NCBI GenBank assembly: GCA_008369845.1
Contig: MRSU01001119.1
Coordinates: 1-39,883 of the forward strand
Direction: 5' to 3'
Length of the DNA stretch: 39,883 bases
DNA from: Trichomonas gallinae
Lineage: Eukaryota
Both the position numbers and the translations under genes were made by a program. The notes below the pieces were generated by a model. It worked only from the letters and a program-made list of their open reading frames with translations, did not search any database and was not told the DNA's origin. Below, piece after piece: positions 10,158 to 18,939 of this stretch (position 1 is its first letter; each line of letters opens with the position of its first letter).

Positions 10158-12203
10158 TTATGTCTTAACCAAGTTTTCGACAACACTTTGGTAAGCGAAC
10201 TTCTTCATTTTTGCGTCAACAATCTCGTCAACGCCTTGGACAGGTATATCAGGGATCTGCAAGTCCCAGTCAAGTGGCGCAATAGTTTCTTCTGGCTCAT
10301 CTACTGTTTCTATGTCAGTTCCAAAGTCCAGCTGCGTTTGCTGGCCTTCCTCTTCCATCTTCTCCTCGCACCCGTTCATTATATTAGTCCAGCAGTCGTG
10401 TAAGTGATCCAAGTCTTTCTGCGTGAAAACTCCATCATCTTCGAGCTTGGCGAATTCTGACGGCCACAAAATTTCCAGTGGTGGGCCTCTCTCTGTGAGT
10501 TTCTCGAAGAACTGGTACCACGCGTCTTTGCTTGAGACACCAGAGTTCTCGAATTCGATGTAAGAGATCGATTTGTTAGCTAACAAAAGCTCGCACATTG
10601 CAGCTAATCCTTCTTCGCCGAAATTCTGCTCGTTGAAGGCCAGCCTTTGAATATTCTTGCAGTTTCTGATGCCTCTCAGTAAAGTGACTGATTTCTCAAC
10701 ATTCAGTGGATTGTTGGATCCGTTTATAACCAAATTCGACAAATTTTGGCAAGTTTCGATGAAATCTGCGAAAGGAAGGATTGTTTGCTCAGACAATGAA
10801 CCACTAACAGACAGGAGGTCTAAGCTCTTGATATCATGAAGCATTTTCATGATTGGTGGAGTTATTGGATTGTTATCCCAGAAAAATTCTTTTAATGTCG
10901 TTTCTTCGCTGACATCGAACGAATAAGACGAGAAATGATCCCAAGACTTTTCATCCATAATGATTCCGCTGAAATTAAGCTTGAATCCCTGAGTTGGATT
11001 GAGATTTACAAAATAATTCAAGAATCCATGAAGAGCTTCAGGGGACCATTTGACATTCTTGAACTCGATTGTGCTGATGGTTTCTGGAGGTGTCAACTGC
11101 TCGAATGTTGTCATTACTGTATCAGTATCAATCAACAATTTCATTAAATATGGAGGAAGCTTAGTTATTATCTGTGGAATGTTGACATTGCATTTCGTGA
11201 ACTTGACTGCTTCAAGCCATGGAGCAGCAGTGAATAATTCAACTGCTTTAATTCCTTCGATCGAAATAAATTCCATATGAGTAATTTCTTTGAATCCTGG
11301 CTCTTTAGAAAGTGCTGTTAAGACCTTGGAGAATGTCTTTTCGTTGCAACACTTGTCGAAAACCATTGTATCGAGTTTCTTCAATGATGCAATTGTTCTT
11401 ATGTAATCTTTGTCGCGATCTGAAATGTCATTCTCTCTGAATGTGACCCTTTTGATGCCGCAAGACTTCAAATTTTGTAAATCTTCGATGATATGTTTAA
11501 AAGATGAATCAAATGAGTTGCATATGATGATGCTTGAAATCCGTGTCTCATATTTGACGCATTTAAGGAAATTTGCCCAGACATGCTTCGTTTTCGGAAG
11601 TGTTATTTCAGAAACCGATGTAAGCGTTTCAATGCAGTCGATAATCGAGTCTGCATGCTTCAGTAGATCCTCATCTACCGTAAAATCGAGGTAACGAAGT
11701 TTCTTTGCTGTTAATATTTTTTCGAGTTTTTCAATTGTTGCCGTTGGAATCTTCAGCTTGTGTTTGAGATTGATGTACTTCAGCCTGTATCCAAAATTCT
11801 TGTTTGGCTTGAGTTTTCCCGTGTGTTTTGTTTCATAACTAATTTTTGGAACTTCACTCGCTAATAATATGCTATTGATGTAGTGGTAAATAGATTTGAA
11901 TATTGATATCATGTTTGAGTGCTCTAATGCGATGAATATTTTTGATGTGTGAATATCCAAAGATGCTTTATCGATAAGAGCGAGCTTTGTAATAGAATCG
12001 AATGGTATGCTGTCTTTTACTGAATATGATTTGCCTTTTGATTCCAAAATCGAAATCGAAAGTGTTGTAACGAATAATACGCATTTTTCTTTCTTCTTTT
12101 TATCAATTCGATTGCAGGACATGCATATCAATGCTTCTTCATCTTTCTTCAAGCACGAACTACAGTCCTTTCCCAACTGTTTTTCGATAAGATTAGCAAA
12201 CAT
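10158..12203 (-). CDS. Leucine-rich repeat protein (RNI-like LRRs with possible N-terminal PH-like domain; CARMIL-like)
   Basis: 681 aa from ATG 12203; degenerate LRRs (LKEFFWDNNPI, LDLLSVSGS, IQRLAFNEQNFGEEG, ISYIEFENSG); beta-rich N-terminus RIDKKKKEKCVLFVTT. Confidence 0.7.
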   Translation of the reverse strand: MFANLIEKQLGKDCSSCLKKDEEALICMSCNRIDKKKKEKCVLFVTTLSISILESKGKSYSVKDSIPFDSITKLALIDKASLDIHTSKIFIALEHSNMISIFKSIYHYINSILLASEVPKISYETKHTGKLKPNKNFGYRLKYINLKHKLKIPTATIEKLEKILTAKKLRYLDFTVDEDLLKHADSIIDCIETLTSVSEITLPKTKHVWANFLKCVKYETRISSIIICNSFDSSFKHIIEDLQNLKSCGIKRVTFRENDISDRDKDYIRTIASLKKLDTMVFDKCCNEKTFSKVLTALSKEPGFKEITHMEFISIEGIKAVELFTAAPWLEAVKFTKCNVNIPQIITKLPPYLMKLLIDTDTVMTTFEQLTPPETISTIEFKNVKWSPEALHGFLNYFVNLNPTQGFKLNFSGIIMDEKSWDHFSSYSFDVSEETTLKEFFWDNNPITPPIMKMLHDIKSLDLLSVSGSLSEQTILPFADFIETCQNLSNLVINGSNNPLNVEKSVTLLRGIRNCKNIQRLAFNEQNFGEEGLAAMCELLLANKSISYIEFENSGVSSKDAWYQFFEKLTERGPPLEILWPSEFAKLEDDGVFTQKDLDHLHDCWTNIMNGCEEKMEEEGQQTQLDFGTDIETVDEPEETIAPLDWDLQIPDIPVQGVDEIVDAKMKKFAYQSVVENLVKT

Positions 12204-12722
12204 CAAAATTTATTTTTATTTTCTGTTACATCGCATTAATTCATGGTACACACAGCATAGGAAGGAAATCCAATCAAAAAGTTCTATGAAATTTAAGGTT
12301 ATTCTCAGAAATCAAATTTGTCATGTAAAATTTCTGATCTGATTTTTGTCATGTAAACTATCGATTTACATGTCAACTATATTATTCTAAACTTTCTTTG
12401 ATTTAAACAATTTAAATCAATTTAATACAATGATACACTATATTAGAAAGGCTTAACTCATTTGCTAATAATATATGCATGGTGATTTGAATTAAATATT
12501 CTCTTTATATTAAATTATGGCTATGAGAACTTAGAAATATAATTAAAAACAAAATATATTGGTATGTTGCTTTTCTAAAGTGATTGTTAATTGCAAAATA
12601 AAAATTATTAGATCATAATTATGAAGGATTGATTTCTGTGCGAGGTAAATGCAATATAGAGAGTTCAAAAATAAAATATTTAGGTACAATAAGTTTTCAA
12701 CAAAAATATATATAATAAAAAG

Positions 12723-13895
12723 TTAATAATTCTTCTTTGAACCTTCTGTAATAACCTTCTTATTACCTCCGCGGCGTTTGGCGGCGCCTTCGTTCTCTTT
12801 GAGGTTCAAATGATATCTGTTCAAATAATAGAATTCAATAACTTCCTTAACATCTTTTTCTGGGAGTGCTTCTGCTATCTTTGCAAAGTCTTTAGGATGC
12901 TGACGGTATTTCTCAACGAATATCGTTTTCTCTTCTTCAGTCCAAGCGAGACGATGCCTGTACTGATCGAATACAGTAACAGGATCTGGTACAAAAGCGT
13001 TTGTATCGATGTAAGCGCGCGAAAGTTTTTCTTTTTCTGAAAGAATTTGAGGAATATCTTGAGCTGCCCATTTAAGGCGCTGCACTTCATCAAGGTTCGG
13101 CCTTTCGAAGTAAAATTCAGATGGCCATTGCTCTGATTTCTCGCCCGTTCTGTCATTATATTCGTCAATAGTTTTTTGACGCTCTTGCCAAGGTCCATCG
13201 AGCTCATTGTATTTCTTAGCGAGCTCATTTTCTTTTTCGTATAGGACATCTTGCTCTGCGTACCTCACAGCGAATAATGGAACTAATAATTCGTTATTCG
13301 TATCGATTTGATTCTTAAATTGCGGATAATCGACAATATGTCTGTACATTGGGAGTGTATGATGAGTTTCAGGCGAATTTGTTGAAGCATCAACTAATGC
13401 GCATTGCTGAGCTTCTTTGGCTTTCCTTTGGTTATCCTGAATGATAGATTCTATTGACGTATCGATCATAATCAATCCTCGGTACTCGTGAATGCCGTTT
13501 GTCGAAGTGTTAGGAGTCAACGCTTGAGCGGTGTGCTTGAAAGACTTTAATTCGTATTGCAATGAGGAGAGCTCCGCACGTAGCCTACTAATCTCCGCGT
13601 CGGTTTCGTTCTTTACATTCTGAACTTCCTGCTTAGATGGAATTGAAGGGAAAGGTGCAGCGGAAGATATAGTATCTTTCATGTCATGGAAGCTGAAGGT
13701 CGAAATGGAGCGGACTGGGACAGGATTTCCGTGTTTTATAACAGCTGGTGTGTGAGATTCGGGCGTTGCCGCAATTTGGAGCCAAGGCGAGTTCTGCTTC
13801 GGTATATTTATTGTTGTGGAGTTGGCGCGTGGACTTGGTTGTGTGGAATTGGGCACTAGGAACGTGTTGAGGTCCTCGCGCGCAGGAGTAGACAT
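12723..13895 (-). CDS. SANT/Myb-domain protein resembling the NCoR/SMRT (Snt1) N-terminal core
   Basis: 390 aa; AWTEEEKTIFVEKYRQHPKDFAKIAEALPEKDVKEVIEFYYL is an NCoR SANT1-type domain, preceded by a DAD-like segment IPQILSEKEKLSRAYIDTNAFVPDP. Confidence 0.85.
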   Translation of the reverse strand: MSTPAREDLNTFLVPNSTQPSPRANSTTINIPKQNSPWLQIAATPESHTPAVIKHGNPVPVRSISTFSFHDMKDTISSAAPFPSIPSKQEVQNVKNETDAEISRLRAELSSLQYELKSFKHTAQALTPNTSTNGIHEYRGLIMIDTSIESIIQDNQRKAKEAQQCALVDASTNSPETHHTLPMYRHIVDYPQFKNQIDTNNELLVPLFAVRYAEQDVLYEKENELAKKYNELDGPWQERQKTIDEYNDRTGEKSEQWPSEFYFERPNLDEVQRLKWAAQDIPQILSEKEKLSRAYIDTNAFVPDPVTVFDQYRHRLAWTEEEKTIFVEKYRQHPKDFAKIAEALPEKDVKEVIEFYYLNRYHLNLKENEGAAKRRGGNKKVITEGSKKNY

Positions 13896-14904
13896 TTTTT
13901 TTACTTAAAAACCGCAGATTTTAATTTCAAAAGTTGTGAAATTTTTCATCTAAATCTTGCTTGGTTTTACTGCATTTTCGGACTAGTTTCGCTTTATTTG
14001 TTATATATTTCGCGTTTTTATATCTATACACGCAGTTTTTCCTTGAAATTTTTGATTTTGTTGCTTATTTTTCGATGATATTTAATATATATAATATGTA
14101 TAATGGGCATATTCATGCTTAGACAATTTTGGCTCTTAAAATGCATTTTTTCCTTGAAAAATTCGACATTGTTTTTTGATATTTAATGAAAGATGGATGG
14201 TGTAATATTTATTTTAAGTGATTTCATTTGATTATATTTTTGGCTCCAGATTATTTTTTAATTTGATATTTTTTGTTATTTATGTTCACAAACTTTATCT
14301 ATAACTATATTTTTACATTATAAGTTATATCACAAAAAGATTTGTTTTAGAATTAGATATTTGAAAATAAATTCATTTGATTAACTACATAGTGGTCTGT
14401 ATTATATAGGATAAGCTTAAATATAGACACATATTATATTTATGAAACGATTGAATACATTTATATGACTTCATTACAAAATCTTATAATTTGCAAAATT
14501 GATAAGCAAGTATATTGTTCTATATTGCCAATCTCATATATGAATAGAATTAAAACTTTTCATGATGTGAACAGTCATCAGTATATATATTTTTATCATT
14601 CATCTCATAATTAATTATTGTAAAAAAATAGAAAATAATTAAAAGGTATGTGTATATGCTTATATACTTACTGATTAATATAAATTTGTTTACAAATAGT
14701 GCTATTCCTTATATAAAATGAATTTCAAACAAATAATTGGGATTAGTTAATGATATCATGCTTATATGTTTACTAATTGATTTAGTTTAGGAGCAATATG
14801 CTTTTGCTATAAGCTAATTATATATATTTCGTTGCTGGTAAAATAAAACTAATTTAAATAACATACCTTTATTACAAAACAATAGTATTTGAACGCACAA
14901 TGAG

Positions 14905-15321
14905 TTAGAATAGTTCACCTACAAACTCAAAGTTATCAACATCGAATTCAAATTCATCAAATGAGAATTCTTCAGTTGGAATCTGTTCAACTTCTGTAAT
15001 TTGCTTTTTTGCACGATTCTTAAGAACTTTGTAATGTGTTTTAACTTGAATATCTGTTCTTCCTGAAAAATGAGACGCGATTTCCTTCCAATGTGGGCTC
15101 ATTGTAGGAACTAATCTGATTAGGAGATCCTCCTCTTCATGTGTCCATGGGTTGCGATTAACTTCTGGTGATAAGTATCTCAACCATCTATCTTTAACTT
15201 GTCTATATGTTCTTCCGTACATCTTGGAAGCTATAATCTTCCAGTTGTTCTCGCCATACTTCTCTACGAGTTCCTTTAGACGGGCATCATCCTTAGGGCC
15301 AAATCTGTTGTAGACAGACAT
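14905..15321 (-). CDS. R2R3 Myb-like DNA-binding protein
   Basis: 138 aa with two Myb repeats: FGPKDDARLKELVEKYGENNWKIIA...RQVKDRW and PWTHEEEDLLIRLV...WKEIASHFSGRTDIQVK. Confidence 0.93.
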   Translation of the reverse strand: MSVYNRFGPKDDARLKELVEKYGENNWKIIASKMYGRTYRQVKDRWLRYLSPEVNRNPWTHEEEDLLIRLVPTMSPHWKEIASHFSGRTDIQVKTHYKVLKNRAKKQITEVEQIPTEEFSFDEFEFDVDNFEFVGELF

Positions 15322-15325
15322 TAAA

Positions 15326-15337
15326 AATGATAAATGA
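15326..15337 (-). promoter_or_regulatory. Tandem initiator (Inr, TCATT) elements upstream of the Myb ATG
   Basis: Minus strand reads CTCATTTATCATTTTTA-ATG; matches the trichomonad Inr consensus TCAYW within 20 nt of the start codon. Confidence 0.6.
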
Positions 15338-15713
15338 GTTCGTTTGTCAGCCAGTAGATATTTTAAGAAGTTTACAAATTACTTTCTCTCTCAAAATACT
15401 ATCATCTCTCAATTTTTTTGGATTTAAAATTTTATTTTACATGTCAAATCTGCTATTTTATTCGTCTTCGTTTTTATCGACATATTTGTAATGCAAATAG
15501 AATTTCTATTCTAAATATCTAATAAAAATCCATATTTTCAAAAAAAATATAATTTAAAATCATAAATTGATTATATATTCAAATATACATTTATATTTAA
15601 GAAATGGAGCTTCAACGCAAATTTTATAATTTTGTCATGTAAAGAAATATTACATGATTTATTTTTGGAAAAATTTATGTATTAAGAGTAATGACTATAT
15701 TGCATCATTTGAA

Positions 15714-15782
15714 AAGTTTACAAATTACTTGAGTTTGAATAGTTTACAAAATACTTGGGTTTCTGAAGTTTACAAAATACTT
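15714..15782. repeat. Three 26-bp-spaced copies of (A)AGTTTACAAAWTACTT, with a fourth copy at 15368-15384
   Basis: Copies read directly at 15714-15730, 15740-15756, 15766-15782 and 15368-15384. Confidence 0.85.
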
Positions 15783-16606
15783 CATGAAGAAAAAAGTTAA
15801 AAAAAAATATGATGGTTGTTGACTATTGTCATATTCCAAATTCATATTTTCTTTATCGAAGCATGCACGAGATTATATCACATATCAAACAAACATGTTA
15901 ACGCTTACATTTCTAATTTTCAATATTCATAAAATACAAATCATTAAACTATTATTTTAGAATGATGTGCAATATGATCACTCGATCAATTGCATTAGAT
16001 TAATGCTGAATGAAATAATATATATCTTTCTTTTTGTTGAATATTGAATTTATTTGAAGCAATTTATATTTCGAATTTTCAAGCTACAATCATTGACCAT
16101 CGTCCAAATATAGATTTATACTTCTAATTATTAAAACCATTCTTTAGTTTTCACAGGTAAATCATACAAGAAATGATATTACCACACGATTCAATCATTT
16201 GCAACGTCCATATTGAAACAGACAAATTCTCTTGCTTAAAGCGTTTTCACATTATCAATAATTTTCAAAAATTATCGATCAAAGCACAATCACGCATGTA
16301 TATATATTCATTCATAGTAACATTCATAAATAATATGAGCATTAATTTGTAATCCTTTTTGAATTTTCTCACGCAGATTGTTGTAAGTTCTGACTATATT
16401 ATGGATGACACTAGATGAGTCCATTAAACTCAAAATCATTTTAGCAGCCAAAGGTTTATCCCCAATCATATTGACTAAATAGAGAAAAAATATTTTGACA
16501 AATATATTGGTTCGATTCACGCAAACTGTTTGGGTTCCATTAATAAAAACATGGTTTTGACTTTAACATGTAGAATGTGATATTTAGCATGAATACAAAA
16601 ATCGCA

Positions 16607-18661
16607 TTAAATCTTAAAATATTTTGTTGGATGTTTATCTTCTGGTTTTCTCTTATTGAGCAGAAGATTGGCTGGTATTTCACCACGCAGTGCATTGATG
16701 TGTAATTCGCTTTTTCTATCCCACGCAAGCTTTAAAGGAGTTCTATAACAAAAAAGATGAATACCATTTGAAATAAAAGAATTTCTCCAAGATCTAAATT
16801 TATATCTGCACCGTTATCTAGAACGATTTTGATGAGCAAGAAGTCATTATTCCATAAGTAAAGAGAAAGAGGACAATCAAATGTAGTTTTGTCCCTAGGA
16901 ATTTTCATATTTACATTAGTTCCATGCTTTAAAAGATATTCTAGTATTTCATATGATTTGTGCTCCTCGCAAGCCAAAAAAATTCCGCCAAAGTTGATAT
17001 CGCATCCATGCTCAACGAGAATTTTCACAATTTCTAGTCTATTCGTTGCAATTGCTGCTGTCATTAGTTCGTTTTTGTTCACATCTGCCCCATTTTCAAC
17101 TAAAACTCTGACAATTTCTTCTTTCTTTTGCACAATTGCGTCTTGTAGAGGAAGAATTACATCATCATTTGTGTCGACATCACTGTAGGTATCATTGATA
17201 TCTATTCCTTTTTCTATCAAATACTTCAAGATTTCGACATCGCCGCGTTTTATTGCAGCAGCGAGAGGACTTATTTCAGTCTCGTAATACGCGAAATATT
17301 GTTTGTATTCGTGATCAATTTTTGCACCTTTGTCAACTAAGAATTTGATTATTTCCAATGAAGAATGCAGAATAGCATCAATTAAACAGCTTTGATGATA
17401 AAATTAAAAATGAATTACATATTTTTCGCCAGCTTCATCGTCATCAACTCTCGCTTTTTCATAAGAATAAAGAAAATCTTTGTTGATGTCTGCGCAATAA
17501 TCAACAAGAATTTTAACAATATCTAATTTCTTTGTCATGACAGCATAGGAAAGAGGAATGCTTTCAGCACCATTGTCTTCTTTAAGTGGTTCAACTAAAT
17601 AAACAAATAAATGAATTTTGTAAATAAAATATAAACATCATAAACAATATTAACATCAGCTCCTTGTTTCACGAAAAAAGAAACAACTTCAAATGACCCT
17701 GTTTTAATTGCAGATTTAAGAGCATTACCTTGATGAAATTATTAATGAATAAATCCATTATATATAAATAAATGTTATGAAAAAATGAATGAATTTCGTC
17801 TGTGTAAAGTTCGTCTATGTCATAACCGTTTTCGAAAAAGAAACTTGCAGCCTGAAAGTTTCCCCACTGTATGCATTCACCCACAGAGATTCCTGTGGAC
17901 CCATAGTGCTCCATTATCCAGTCAGCGACATGGTTCTGGTTGCCCCTCACAGCGTAAATTAAAAAATTTTCAAACGAAATTCCATGATGACCTAAAGTCG
18001 CAATTATCTCCATGTTGCCACTTTCAACAGCGTATTTTGGGGTATCTTTTGTAATTTTAGACCCATTCACAAGAAAGAACTTAAAAGATTTCGCAGCTCC
18101 CAATTTGCACGCGCAATCAATTAATGTTAAATTAGGATAATTATATAAAGTCATATTCCAATCAAAATTTTCGATGTTTTTGATTTTATCTGTTATTCCA
18201 TCTATGTTGTCATTATATATAAAATTCAATGAACTGCCTTCATCAAATATACTTCGAAAGTAATAACCTAAAGTTAAAATAGAATTTCCATAATCTTTGA
18301 ATAATCTGTCATAATCACCGGATTTATATTCATCATACCCCGGGAAGTATTTAATCTCGTAGTAATCAATGAGTAATTTAAATAAATCGGAATAAAAAAT
18401 TATATTTCTAAATCGTATTGAGCAGACGAGTTCTAGTATATCATAGATATAATTTTCTGAAGTGATACCTTCAGTAATAGCTTTTTTTATAATTTCGAAT
18501 GTTTCTTCAACAGAATTTTTATTCTTTTCTCTATTCCAGATCAAATCGCATACTTTATGTATTTTTCTAAATGGTGTCGATACTTCCATGTCCGCAATCT
18601 CCTTATATCTGAGACTATAAGTGTCAATAGTGTTTGAAAATGCAATTTTCATTTTTGGCAA
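16607..18661 (-). CDS. DUF3447-type ankyrin-repeat protein split into 5 coding blocks (18661-17795, 17729-17637, 17595-17419, 17391-16783, 16744-16607; ~627 aa joined)
   Basis: The N-terminal block has LIDCACKLGAAKSFKFF-x-KYAVESGNMEII. Later blocks are ankyrin repeats (GNALKSAIKTGSFEVVSFFVKQGADVN; IPLSYAVMTKKLDIVKILVDYCADIN; SPLAAAIKRGDVEILKYLIEKGIDIN; RTPLKLAW), each stop-free but offset by AT-rich inserts. A pseudogene is the alternative reading. Confidence 0.75.
16745..16782 (-). other. Non-canonical intron-like insert 4 (~38 nt, ATTCTT...GTTAT)
   Basis: Removal joins ...GADINLDLGE to RTPLKLAW; internal AATGG as in insert 1. Confidence 0.6.
17392..17418 (-). other. Non-canonical intron-like insert 3 (24-27 nt, (GTA)ATTCATTTTTAATTTTATCATCAA)
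   Basis: In frame but contains TAA at 17404-17406; the 29-nt GT-AG version is out of frame. Confidence 0.5.
17596..17636 (-). other. Non-canonical intron-like insert 2 (41 nt, GTTTAT...TTTA)
   Basis: Removal joins ...NIVYD to VEPLKED...; the 42-nt GT-AG version is out of frame. Confidence 0.6.
17730..17794 (-). other. Non-canonical intron-like insert 1 (65 nt, ATTCATTC...TTCATCAA)
   Basis: Removal joins ...YTDE to GNALKSA...; U/A-rich with an internal AATGG; exact ends may slide. Confidence 0.6.
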
Positions 18662-18939
18662 TTTTATAAATTTTACTTGACAAAAAAATATTTACATGGC
18701 AAAAACATTACATCTAAATTATTTTGCTGTAAAATTACGCATATTTGCAATTCTTGTTCAAATTACATTATGAGTAGTGTGATACAACCTTATAATGACG
18801 AAAATTTCTATAACCTTTGCAAAGGATAAAAAATGAGAATATTTTTCTGCAAATTTGCAGATTCAGATGAAAAATGATGATGACTGATTTAAAAAATATT
18901 AATGAACAGAATTTATTATAAAAAAACAACGAAAAAATT

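Noticed and set aside
15714..15782. CRISPR-like repeat-spacer pattern
   Set aside because: Repeats are 17 nt with 9-nt linkers, the context is eukaryotic and there are no cas genes.
16732..17358. Two independent ankyrin genes as in the ORF track
   Set aside because: The second ORF starts at TTG mid-repeat, ankyrin coding continues across the gap, and both F/I/L-rich C-termini are read-through into inserts.
17595..17636. Canonical 42-nt GT-AG intron
   Set aside because: Removal leaves the downstream ankyrin repeat out of frame and there is no CTAAC branch signal, unless the assembly has a 1-nt error.
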